In this document: positions 28,418-37,052 of the stretch, one piece after another
Numbering within the stretch: position 1 is the first letter of the stretch
Layout of the letters: every line of letters begins with the position of its first letter
Assembly (NCBI GenBank): GCA_037441705.1
Contig: JBBIRR010000039.1
Span: forward strand, 1-37,052
Origin: Ignavibacteriales bacterium
GTDB lineage: Bacteria; Bacteroidota; Ignavibacteria; UBA10030; UBA6906
DNA: 37,052 nt
Direction: 5' to 3'
Program-made: the position numbers and the translations under genes
Notes under the pieces: model-generated
Seen by the model: only the letters and a program-made list of their open reading frames with translations
Databases searched by the model: none
Told to the model about the DNA's origin: nothing

Positions 28418-29017
28418 ATGCCCATAACCTCTCTCTGCATCTTTTGCGGCTCGAGTCCCGGAGCGAACGGTGCGTATGCTCATGCCGCACGCGCATTGGG
28501 CACGCTGCTGGCACAGCAGAATATCACGCTTGTCTTTGGCGGTGGCAAAGTAGGGTTGATGGGACATCTTGCCGACGCGGTTCTACAGCACGGCGGCAAA
28601 GCCATCGGCGTCATTCCCGAGGCGCTCGTCCGAAAGGAGCTGGCTCATGATTCGCTGACAGCGCTGCATGTTGTGCGGGACATGCACGAACGGAAAGCGA
28701 TGATGTACGCCTTGGCCGACGCCTTCGTTGCCCTGCCCGGCGGCGCCGGCACGCTTGACGAGTTCTTTGAGGTGTTCACCCGGACACAGCTCGGCTTGCT
28801 TCCGAAACCGCTCGGTCTGTTGAACGTCGAGGGATATTTCACTCGCCTTGCGGCGTTCCTCGATCATGCCGTTACCGAGCGGTTCGTCTCCCGTCAGCAT
28901 CTCGATATGCTGATTGTGGACGAGCAGCCTGACGCGTTGCTTCAACGCCTGCAACGCGCATCAGTGCATCCCGCGGACAAATGGATTGACCCCTATGAAC
29001 ACGCACCAACATCTTGA
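28418..29017 (+). CDS. LOG family nucleotide phosphoribohydrolase (TIGR00730)
   Basis: CIFCGSSPG, GGG.VGLMG, MHERKA and PGGAGTLDE. Confidence 0.92.
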   Translation: MPITSLCIFCGSSPGANGAYAHAARALGTLLAQQNITLVFGGGKVGLMGHLADAVLQHGGKAIGVIPEALVRKELAHDSLTALHVVRDMHERKAMMYALADAFVALPGGAGTLDEFFEVFTRTQLGLLPKPLGLLNVEGYFTRLAAFLDHAVTERFVSRQHLDMLIVDEQPDALLQRLQRASVHPADKWIDPYEHAPTS

Positions 29018-29199
29018 CCGACGTCGAGAGCTGAGAAAGTCTCTCACAACAATCGTGAGCACAATCGGCGCAATTGCTCCACCATCTTCCGCCGCTCGAC
29101 TATCTCAGTCCCGAACCGATCGGCAGGATCAAGTTGCGCGGCAAACAGGAAGAAGTGGAACTCTACAGCATCCTCGAAGCAGCGTAACGACGCGAGCCG

Positions 29200-30387
29200 T
29201 TACGTCCTCAGCCGGATTCGGAACGTCGTTCCGGCTCCCACGGCGCTGTGCTTGACGAACAACTTTCCTCGGTGATAGTCCTCGATAATCCGCTTGGAGA
29301 GCGAAAGGCCGAGACCCCATCCTCGCTTTTTGGTGCTGTAGCCGGGGCGGAACACATCCTTATGATGTTTCGGATCGATGCCTTTGCCCGTGTCGCTCAC
29401 GTCAATCGTGGTGGTCTTGCCGCTCTGTTCGATGCGGAACGAGATGCGCCCCGTCGGTTCTTCGATAGCGTCGAGCGCATTCTTCATCAAATTTTCCAAC
29501 ACCCATTCGAACAGCTCGCGATTGATGCGAGCGCGAAACACCCCTGGCGTTACAATGGCCAGCTCGATCGTCTTCCCCGTCTTCGGAAGCCTGCGTGAAA
29601 TGTAGGTGATGACTCCCTGGATCACCTCGGCGAGGTCCTCTTCCTTCAGATCGGGCCGCGAGCCGATCTTGGAAAACCGCGCGGCCACTTTGTTGAGGCG
29701 TTCCACGTCGTTGGTCATCTCGGCAATCGTTTCGTGCAGCGACGGATTGCCGGCGGCATGTTCCCGCGCAAGTTCGAGCCAGCCCATCAGACTGGAGAGC
29801 GGCGTTCCAAGCTGGTGCGCCGTTTCCTTCGCCATCCCCACCCAGATGTTGCTCTGCTCGCTGCGCTTGATGTAACTGAAGCCGACATACGCAACAAGAA
29901 TGAACAGTCCGGCGAGACCAAACTGAATGTACGGAAACCAGCGCAATCTGCGGATCAACTCCGATTCGCCGTAGTGAACGACGCTGAGGACGGTCGAATC
30001 GTTGAGCATCGCACGAATGGGTTCATGCTGCTCGTCCAGTTCGGCGATGATGCGCTTCAGGTACGCTTCCTGCTGCTGCGGCGTGAGCGTGCTGTCCAGC
30101 TCGATGTTGCGCGCACTCGTGCGCAGCGGCTGGATGGGATTGTTGTCGGCGTCTGTCAGCACCATCGGAAAGTCGATGGCGCGGATGATTTCATCGAACA
30201 CGAAACTGATATCGCCCGCAGCGGATTGTTCGCTTGCGACATACTCAATGGACTTCACATAGAGATCAACGATCTCTCTCTCTTTCTTGAGCAGTTGCTC
30301 GATCAAGTTCTGCGAGTAGAAAAGCATGCCCACCACAATGCCGAGGGCAATGACGAGCAGGACGATTTTGAAGTTAGCGGTTTTCAT
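29200..30387 (-). CDS. Membrane sensor histidine kinase (no adjacent response regulator)
   Basis: Two TM helices; H-box ETAHQLGTPLSSL, N-box ENLMKNALDA, G1 DTGKGI and G2 GWGLGL. Confidence 0.92.
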   Translation of the reverse strand: MKTANFKIVLLVIALGIVVGMLFYSQNLIEQLLKKEREIVDLYVKSIEYVASEQSAAGDISFVFDEIIRAIDFPMVLTDADNNPIQPLRTSARNIELDSTLTPQQQEAYLKRIIAELDEQHEPIRAMLNDSTVLSVVHYGESELIRRLRWFPYIQFGLAGLFILVAYVGFSYIKRSEQSNIWVGMAKETAHQLGTPLSSLMGWLELAREHAAGNPSLHETIAEMTNDVERLNKVAARFSKIGSRPDLKEEDLAEVIQGVITYISRRLPKTGKTIELAIVTPGVFRARINRELFEWVLENLMKNALDAIEEPTGRISFRIEQSGKTTTIDVSDTGKGIDPKHHKDVFRPGYSTKKRGWGLGLSLSKRIIEDYHRGKLFVKHSAVGAGTTFRIRLRT

Positions 30388-30435
30388 GGCGGGAGTGTGT
30401 TGGCGATGCAGCTGCTCCCCGAAGGTGAGGAGGAG

Positions 30436-31710
30436 TCATGAGCGGACGCAGAGTGTTTGATCCCGGCGCGGCCCTACCGACACCATCCAGATGTTGGTGC
30501 CGGTCAGCTCGCCCAGCGCGCGCAGATAGGCGCGCGCGTTCGGGGGCAGGTCACCAAACTCTCGTACCGAGGAAAGCGACGTCTTCCACCCGGGGAAAGT
30601 CTCGTACACGGGCGTAACCGCCTCGAGCGTCTTGACGTCCGTCGGGAACGACTTCAGGCGTTTGCCGTTCAGCTCGTACCCAACGCACACGCGAATAACA
30701 TCGAACTGATCGAGCACGTCAAGCTTGGTTACGACGACATCCGTGATGCCGTTGACTTCGGCGGAGTACTTGAGGGCAAAAGCATCGAACCAGCCGCAGC
30801 GGCGCGGGCGGCCGGTGGTTGCGCCGTATTCATGACCGAGAGCGCGAAGGCGTTCGCCCGTTTCATCGTGTACTTCCGTGGGGAACGGACCGTTGCCCAC
30901 GCGTGTCGAATACGCCTTCACGATGCCGACAATGCTTTCCACGGCCGTGGGGGGGATGCCCAGTCCCGTGCACGCGCCGCCCGAGGTCGGATTGGAGGAG
31001 GTCACAAACGGATACGTGCCGTGATCAACGTCCAGCAGCGCTCCCTGCGCACCCTCGGCAATGATGCGCTTGTTCTGCCGCAGCGCGCTGTTAAGATAGA
31101 GTGCCGTATCGGTAACGTACTCGTCAATGTGCGTGTCGAACTCCTGATATTCCGCGATGATGGCGTCGATGTCCAGCGTCGTCTCACCGTACACGTTCGC
31201 GAGAATGCGGTTCTTTTCTTCGATATTCGCCTTCAACTTCTTCGCAAGCACATCCCGATCCAGCAGATCCACAATGCGGATCCCGCAGCGCATGAACTTG
31301 TCGATGTATGCCGGACCGATGCCGCGGCCGGTGGTACCGATTCTGTCGGCAGACTTCTCGCGGATGGTATCGAGCATCTTGTGGTAGGGCATGATGAGAT
31401 GCGCGTTGTGGCTGACCAACAATCGCCCGGAGATGTTGATGCCGGCCTGCCGCAGCTGTGCGATTTCGCTCAGCAGCGCGCCGGGATCAATCACAACCCC
31501 GTTGCCGATGACGCAGGTGATGTGCGGATGAAAGATGCCGGAGGGAATCTGGTGCAGGACGTACGTCTGTTCGCCAATGCAGACGGTATGCCCGGCGTTG
31601 GCACCGCCCTGATAGCGTGCGACGATGTCCGCGCGCTCCGAAAGAAGATCAACCACCTTCCCCTTTCCCTCATCGCCCCATTGGGCGCCCACAATGATTT
31701 GAACAGCCAT
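30436..31710 (-). CDS. purA: Adenylosuccinate synthase
   Basis: GAQWGDEGKGK, GGANAGHT, IGTTGRGIGPAY, EGAQG.LLD.DHGTYPFVTSS and GATTGRPRRCGW. Confidence 0.97.
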   Translation of the reverse strand: MAVQIIVGAQWGDEGKGKVVDLLSERADIVARYQGGANAGHTVCIGEQTYVLHQIPSGIFHPHITCVIGNGVVIDPGALLSEIAQLRQAGINISGRLLVSHNAHLIMPYHKMLDTIREKSADRIGTTGRGIGPAYIDKFMRCGIRIVDLLDRDVLAKKLKANIEEKNRILANVYGETTLDIDAIIAEYQEFDTHIDEYVTDTALYLNSALRQNKRIIAEGAQGALLDVDHGTYPFVTSSNPTSGGACTGLGIPPTAVESIVGIVKAYSTRVGNGPFPTEVHDETGERLRALGHEYGATTGRPRRCGWFDAFALKYSAEVNGITDVVVTKLDVLDQFDVIRVCVGYELNGKRLKSFPTDVKTLEAVTPVYETFPGWKTSLSSVREFGDLPPNARAYLRALGELTGTNIWMVSVGPRRDQTLCVRS

Positions 31711-31729
31711 CGTGCGATTCGACTGAACG

Positions 31730-31762
31730 AAAAAAAACCGACCTCCCGTGAAGAAAGGTCGG
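31730..31762 (-). terminator. Intrinsic terminator between the STAS gene and purA
   Basis: Stem ccgacct / aggtcgg (31738-31762), followed on the minus strand by T8 (31737-31730). Confidence 0.65.
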
Positions 31763-31783
31763 AGATTCGTGGGTGATAAGCAA

Positions 31784-32125
31784 TTATTTTCTGAAGCTTG
31801 CCATCGCCTCGGCAACGTCCGCGAACGTCTGAAGCACGCCGGTGAGTTTGGTGATCCTGATCAGTTCCAAAATCTTATCGGACGCGCCTGCGAGGGTGAG
31901 CGCGCCGCCTGCTTCTTTCAGCGTCGAGGCGCCTTTGATCAACATGCCCAGGCCGGAGCTGTTGATGATGGAAACGCCGCGCAGATCGAGTACGACGCGC
32001 GTTCTGTTCGTGTCGATCAGCTCGACGAGTTTGTCGTGCAGCGTCGTGGCATCGGGGCCGCCCATGAGATTGCCTTCGATGGCAATCACCGTGACGCCGC
32101 CGTGTTCGGTAATCGAGAATTTCAT
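31784..32125 (-). CDS. STAS-domain anti-sigma factor antagonist
   Basis: MKFSI...VVLDL..V.IINSSGLGML and ILELIRITKL; GAGGA RBS before ATG 32125. Confidence 0.88.
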   Translation of the reverse strand: MKFSITEHGGVTVIAIEGNLMGGPDATTLHDKLVELIDTNRTRVVLDLRGVSIINSSGLGMLIKGASTLKEAGGALTLAGASDKILELIRITKLTGVLQTFADVAEAMASFRK

Positions 32126-32147
32126 GGCATCCTCGCCGCGCCGTGTT

Positions 32148-33074
32148 CTACTTCGTGAACTGTGCTCGAGCCTGAAGGCGGTTGGACCATTCGAGAACAA
32201 CCGCACTGGCAATGTAAATCGAAGAATACGTTCCGGTCACAATGCCGATGGTAAGTGCGAAGGCAAACCCGCGGTTCACTTCACCGCCAAAAACCAGCAA
32301 CACCATCAGGACGATGAAAATGGTGCCGGAGGTGATGATCGTGCGGCTCAACGTTTCATTCAGGCTCTTGTTGATCAGATCAAACGTTCCCATCGACTTG
32401 AAAATCTTGCTGTTTTCCCTGATGCGATCGAAGATCACCACTGTGTCGTTCACGGAAAGACCGACAAGCGTCAGGAACGCGGCAATCATGTTCTGGTTGA
32501 TTTCCAGATGAAAGTTCGGCGTGATGCCGTCCACGATGGAGATGATGCCGAGCGTAACCAGAACATCGTGGAACAGGGCAACCACTGCACCCACGCCGTA
32601 AATCCACTTGAAGCGGAACGCGACGTAGAGCAGTATGGCAATGAGTGACGCGATCACGGCATAGAATGCGTCACGCCGCAGTTCCGCGCCGATGCGCGGG
32701 CCGATCTTGTCTTCCTTCGTAACAATGTGAGGATTGTCCGCGAAGCGCTGGTCCAATCCTGCGCGGATGCGATCTCCGATGGTTGTCCCCACCCCCTGCT
32801 CCGTCGTGCGGATCAGGATGTCGCGGTCGCTGCCGAAGGTCTTGATTTCGGTCTTCAAAAGGCCGGTTCGGCTCATCGCATCGCGCACATCGGCGATATC
32901 AACGGACCGCTCGAAGCGCACGACCAATTCCGTCCCGCCCAGAAAGTCAATGCCGTAGTCCAACCCTTTGACCGAAAGTGAAACAAGACCGCTGAGAATG
33001 ACGAAACCGGAGATCAGATACCAGAATCTCCGCTTCCCCATAAAATCGATATTGGTTTTTCCAAAAAGCCGCAT
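32148..33074 (-). CDS. secF: Protein translocase subunit SecF
   Basis: IDFMGKR, GIDFLGG, IGPRIG.EL, HDV and SVNDTVVIFDRIREN. Confidence 0.96.
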   Translation of the reverse strand: MRLFGKTNIDFMGKRRFWYLISGFVILSGLVSLSVKGLDYGIDFLGGTELVVRFERSVDIADVRDAMSRTGLLKTEIKTFGSDRDILIRTTEQGVGTTIGDRIRAGLDQRFADNPHIVTKEDKIGPRIGAELRRDAFYAVIASLIAILLYVAFRFKWIYGVGAVVALFHDVLVTLGIISIVDGITPNFHLEINQNMIAAFLTLVGLSVNDTVVIFDRIRENSKIFKSMGTFDLINKSLNETLSRTIITSGTIFIVLMVLLVFGGEVNRGFAFALTIGIVTGTYSSIYIASAVVLEWSNRLQARAQFTK

Positions 33075-33098
33075 GAACGAATTCTCCCGAAGAAAACC

Positions 33099-34949
33099 TT
33101 AGCCGAAGCTCACAGCTGTAGTCGATTTTTCTGTAAGGACATTAAAGATGACGCGCGTGATGAAGATGGCACTGAACATACTGGAAACAATGCCGATCAT
33201 CAGCGTGAGGGCAAAGCCCTGAACGGGACCGGTGCCGAACTGGAAGAGGATCACACCGGTAATAAAGGTGGTCAGGTTCGAGTCGAAGATCGCCGTGAAC
33301 GCTTTTTCGTACCCGGCTTCGATGGCCGCGCGCAGCGTTTTGCCCGTCGCCTGCTCCTCGCGAATGCGCTCATAGATCAGCACGTTGGCATCCACGGCAA
33401 TAGCGAGCGTGAGAATGATGCCGGCGATGCCCGGCAGGGTCAGCGTTCCGTGGAAGGCCGCGAGCACGCCCAGCAAAAACAGCAAGCAGAACAGCACGGC
33501 AACGTCCGCAACCACTCCGCCCGTCCGGTAGTACAGGATCATAAACAGGATCGTCAGTGCTGTTGCAAGGGCCGACGAAAGCAATCCTGCGCGGATGGAA
33601 TCTTCTCCGAGGGAAGGCCCCACAGAACGCTGCTCGACAATCTCGACGGGCGCAGGCAGGGCGCCGGCTTTGAGCACAATTTCCAACAGGCGGGCTTCAT
33701 CTAAGTTCTCCATCCCTTCGATCTGGGAGTTGCCGCCGATAATCTTGTTCCGCACGACAGGCGCGGAGAACACGGCGTTATCCAGCACAATGGCAATGCG
33801 CTTGTTGATGTTCGCACCGGTGATGCGCGCCCAATCTTTCGCTCCCTGCGAGTTCATCTCCATCGTCACAATCGGCGCGTTGGTATTGGGATCGAGCGTT
33901 GCGCGTGCATTGGTGATGACACCGCCCGTCAACTCGGGTACCGTCTTGACGGCGTAGAGCGTGAAGAACTTTTTCCCCTCGCTGACAAAGCGGGGCTTTG
34001 CGCTGAACAGGAACTGCATCTCGGAGGGGATCAACTTTCGGATATCGGGACGCTCGAGTATGCGGCGAACCTTCTCTTTGTTCTCTTCTTCGACAAAGGC
34101 TTCGTCCGGCGAGCGATTATCAACCAGCGCAATGCTGAACCACGGATGCTTGCGCTTGAACTCCTCGGGCGTCAGGTCGCCTTCCTCCGTTTTGATTCTG
34201 CTGGTATCGGATTGCAGCAGATTGCTGGAGGTCGTATCCTGCGCGGCGAGCGTCGTATCGGCTGCAAGCGCTGCATCAATTGCTTTCATGACGCTGACGA
34301 CCTGGTCGGCCTCGCGCAGGAGTTTGAACTCCAGCAGCGCCGTTCCCTGCAACAACTGACGGACTTCGCTTTCTCTGGTCACCCCGGGCAGTTCAACGAT
34401 GATGCGTGAGGCACCAAGCTTCTGGATGGACGGTTCCGACACGCCGTACTGATCGACGCGATTTCTCACAATCTCCATCGCACGATCGATGGCTTTCTTC
34501 GCTTCGTCCTCAAGATAGGCTGCAATCTCATCGTTGGACTCGCGCAGACTGCGGTAGTACTTGCTCATGCGAATTTGCCGCTGCTCGAACTTCTTGCGGA
34601 AAATAAGCACGGGCGATTCCTCCGAGCGGCTCGCTTCCTCCTGGGTCTCTTTCAGGATTTGCGCAAACACATCATCTTTGTTCTTGGCAAGATCCTCGAT
34701 CAGCTTGAGGATATTGACTTCGAGAACGACCCGCATACCACCCTGCAAATCAAGTCCTAACTTGATGCGGCGTGCCCGCGCGTCTCTGATGTCCGCCTCA
34801 TGCTGTTCGACAAAGGCCAAACTGTCCGGCCCCCTCAAGCGGCTCAACTCGCTGTGCAGGCTGTAATCCACATACGTCGGCCACAAGTAGTAGGCGCTGA
34901 GCGCAACCGCCAGGACAATGAGAATGATTCTAAACCGATACTTTCGCAC
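33099..34949 (-). CDS. secD: Protein translocase subunit SecD
   Basis: LGLDLQGG, RVDQYGVSEP, LKAGALPAP, VGPSLG, AVDANVLIYERIREE and IFDSNLTT. A GTG start at 34949 follows GGAGG. Confidence 0.96.
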   Translation of the reverse strand: MRKYRFRIILIVLAVALSAYYLWPTYVDYSLHSELSRLRGPDSLAFVEQHEADIRDARARRIKLGLDLQGGMRVVLEVNILKLIEDLAKNKDDVFAQILKETQEEASRSEESPVLIFRKKFEQRQIRMSKYYRSLRESNDEIAAYLEDEAKKAIDRAMEIVRNRVDQYGVSEPSIQKLGASRIIVELPGVTRESEVRQLLQGTALLEFKLLREADQVVSVMKAIDAALAADTTLAAQDTTSSNLLQSDTSRIKTEEGDLTPEEFKRKHPWFSIALVDNRSPDEAFVEEENKEKVRRILERPDIRKLIPSEMQFLFSAKPRFVSEGKKFFTLYAVKTVPELTGGVITNARATLDPNTNAPIVTMEMNSQGAKDWARITGANINKRIAIVLDNAVFSAPVVRNKIIGGNSQIEGMENLDEARLLEIVLKAGALPAPVEIVEQRSVGPSLGEDSIRAGLLSSALATALTILFMILYYRTGGVVADVAVLFCLLFLLGVLAAFHGTLTLPGIAGIILTLAIAVDANVLIYERIREEQATGKTLRAAIEAGYEKAFTAIFDSNLTTFITGVILFQFGTGPVQGFALTLMIGIVSSMFSAIFITRVIFNVLTEKSTTAVSFG

Positions 34950-35019
34950 AACAAACCTCCGGGATTCAAAGTCGGGAATTGCGTGTGGAAGGGTATACTG
35001 TTGCAAACAAAAGCCACCA

Positions 35020-35048
35020 AATGTAACCCAATATGCGGAGAAAGTCAA
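35020..35048 (-). promoter_or_regulatory. Sigma70-like promoter for secD-secF-STAS
   Basis: Minus strand TTGACT (35048-35043), a 17-nt spacer, then TACATT (35025-35020). Confidence 0.55.
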
Positions 35049-35188
35049 TAATTCCGAGAAGTCTGCATGGCTATGCGCGCACGGCGCTGCGGGTCCAACA
35101 TCCTGCGCTTTCTTGACTTCGTTTCGCGATTTGGTTTACTTGCCACCAAAGAAGGAGGGATTCCCGACCGATAGATTGATTAAGGGAG

Positions 35189-36613
35189 ATGGCAATGAGC
35201 GACTTCGAGTTTACCAATTTCGACGATGAATACGACCCAGCCGACGATGAGCGTCAGGAAGATGAGCTGAAGAAACTGAAGGACATGCTGAAGGATGATT
35301 CCGCGAAGCTGTCGAACATAGAAGCGCTGGAAGAGATCGTCAACTATTATTGGGAGAATGAAAAATACGAAGACGCTCTCCATTTCATCAATCAACTGCT
35401 CACCTACATCCCGTACAGCGCCGAGATGTGGCAGCGCAAGGGACAAATCCTGACGAATCTCTTCCGCTATGAAGAAGCAATCGACGCGTACAACAAGGCG
35501 CTCTCGCTCAACCCGGTCGATCCGGAACTTCTCGTCAACAAAGGCATCACGCTGGACGACCTGAGCAAACCCGAAGAGGCGCTTGCGTGTTTCGAGAAGG
35601 CCCTCGAGATCGACCCTTCCAACGAAGACGCACTCTTTAATAAGGCGATCACGCTGGAGAAGACGGGCCGATATCAGGAAGCCGTGCAAATCTTCAAGTT
35701 CATCACCGAAACCAACCCCACCCACAAGGATGCGTGGTACGAGCTGGGGTTCTGCTACGATTATCTCGATCAGCCTGCCGACTCGCTGCGCGCATACGAC
35801 GAGCATATCAACCTCGATCCGTACAATTACAACGCGTGGTACAACCGCGGCATCGTGCTCAATCGCATGTACCAGTACCACCGCGCGATCGAAAGCTACG
35901 ACACCGCCCTTGCCATCCACGAGAACTTCCCGGCGGCGTGGTACAACAAAGGCAACGCGTACGCCAACATGGGAAAGCTCGAAGAGGCAATCCACTGCTA
36001 TCGCGAGACGCTGAAGTTCGAGGAGAAGGATGTGCCGGCATGGCACAATCTCGGCAACGCCTATGAAGAGTTGGGCGAATACGAGCTTGCCATCCGCGCG
36101 TTTTCCCAGGCGCTCAAATACGATCCGAAACACTACGAGTCCTATTTCGGGAGAGGAAGTTGCTACGATTCGCTCGGCCATTTCCGTCGTGCCCTCAGCG
36201 ACTACAACAAGGCGCTTTCGCTGTGCAACGACTACGCGGATATCTGGTACGCCAAAGCCGACCTGCTGTATAACATGGGCAGAATCGAGGACTCGGTGCT
36301 CGCGTACAAGATGGTGACCAAGCTCGAACCGACCAACTGCGATGCATGGCTCGACTACGGCGAGACACTGCTCGAGTTGGGATACGTGAAGCAGGCACTC
36401 AAGGCATTCGACAAAGCCCGAGAAGCCAATCCCGTTTCCTCCGAGCCGCATTACTACCGCGCCAAAGCGCTCATTCTGCTGCGCCGCACCACCGAAGCCA
36501 TCGATTCCCTCAAGCAGTGCTTCCAGCTCAACCCCGCCATGCAGCAGATGTTCGAGGAGGAGTTTCCGGACGCGAAAACGCTGAAGGCATTCAAGAAGTT
36601 GTTGGAGAAATAG
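35189..36613 (+). CDS. Tetratricopeptide repeat protein
   Basis: About a dozen 34-aa repeats (AWYNKG..Y...G..EEA..Y..AL...P) after an acidic N-terminus; AAGGGAG RBS. Confidence 0.93.
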   Translation: MAMSDFEFTNFDDEYDPADDERQEDELKKLKDMLKDDSAKLSNIEALEEIVNYYWENEKYEDALHFINQLLTYIPYSAEMWQRKGQILTNLFRYEEAIDAYNKALSLNPVDPELLVNKGITLDDLSKPEEALACFEKALEIDPSNEDALFNKAITLEKTGRYQEAVQIFKFITETNPTHKDAWYELGFCYDYLDQPADSLRAYDEHINLDPYNYNAWYNRGIVLNRMYQYHRAIESYDTALAIHENFPAAWYNKGNAYANMGKLEEAIHCYRETLKFEEKDVPAWHNLGNAYEELGEYELAIRAFSQALKYDPKHYESYFGRGSCYDSLGHFRRALSDYNKALSLCNDYADIWYAKADLLYNMGRIEDSVLAYKMVTKLEPTNCDAWLDYGETLLELGYVKQALKAFDKAREANPVSSEPHYYRAKALILLRRTTEAIDSLKQCFQLNPAMQQMFEEEFPDAKTLKAFKKLLEK

Positions 36614-36845
36614 CACCCGTCGGATCGCTCGGGGTTCGACCCTGCCGCCCGGTAGGCGGAAGCGCCGCCGCGCTTGACAGTCCCCTCACACCGCCACACA
36701 CTACCACTGCAAGACTTGAACGGCTCTCACAATCGCCTGATGCCGAAGCGATAGGATGGGCGAGCCGTTGTGGTTTTTCTGATAACGAGAAGTTTCGTTA
36801 TATTCATGCCATGTTGGTGATGACCTTTTCCTTGAGGAGATGCCG

Positions 36846-37052
36846 ATGATATCGGACAATGTTCTTCAGAAATACGCTGCGCTGCAACAGATCCTGCGCG
36901 ATATGCAAAGCGTCGCGATCGGTTACTCGGGCGGCGTGGATAGCACACTGCTGCTGAAGGTTGCCGTTGATGTGTTGGGTGATAAAGCGGTGGCGATGAT
37001 CGGCCGCTCGGAGACGTATCCGACTCGTGAGTTTGAAGAAGCGGTGAAGATT
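36846..37052 (+). CDS. larE: ATP-dependent sacrificial sulfur transferase LarE-like (5' part; runs off the window)
   Basis: Not in the ORF track. After a GAGGAG RBS it reads MISDNVLQKYAALQQILRDMQSVAIGYSGGVDSTLLLKVAVDVLG...SETYP.REFEEA, a PP-loop SGGVDS in TIGR00268-like context. Confidence 0.82.
   Translation, partial: MISDNVLQKYAALQQILRDMQSVAIGYSGGVDSTLLLKVAVDVLGDKAVAMIGRSETYPTREFEEAVKI

Noticed and set aside
35180-36616. 478-aa antisense ORF mirroring the TPR gene
   Set aside because: Codon-register shadow of a repetitive, codon-biased gene; no motifs.
36628-36660. ggggttcgaccc resembling a tRNA T-arm
   Set aside because: No D-arm, anticodon arm, acceptor stem or CCA could be built around it.

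Overview
Bacterial chromosomal window of roughly 55-60% GC, judged by eye. The T9SS/FlgD-type C-terminal tail (QNYPNPFNP) and the gene content suggest an FCB-group organism, probably Ignavibacteria-like; that is an inference. Most of the window is housekeeping or metabolic: opcA-pgl-glk, an HMT-family methyltransferase, a thioredoxin-like protein, PPK2, a DUF853 ATPase, an ECF sigma/anti-sigma/USP/MBL/SDR run, an M14 peptidase, MoxR-vWA, LOG, a histidine kinase, purA, STAS, secDF, a TPR protein and the start of larE. The accessory elements stand out. (1) A lower-GC, translationally coupled three-gene cassette with its own promoter (5428-7161): a TIGR04255-like gene, an 'NWDxYGA' protein and a small protein with an ADP-ribosyltransferase-like R-S-H motif layout. 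It is the best candidate for an uncharacterised tripartite toxin/defence system. (2) A cytoplasmic S8 protease carrying an N-terminal CxxC..CxxC module and a C-terminal CBM48-like domain. (3) A 134-bp internally deleted relic of an OmpA-family gene. (4) A mosaic of several REP/REPIN-like hairpin families around a lipoprotein gene, including one element apparently nested in another. No rRNA, tRNA, CRISPR array or transposase gene was recognised. All family calls come from motif recognition by eye; no database search was run.
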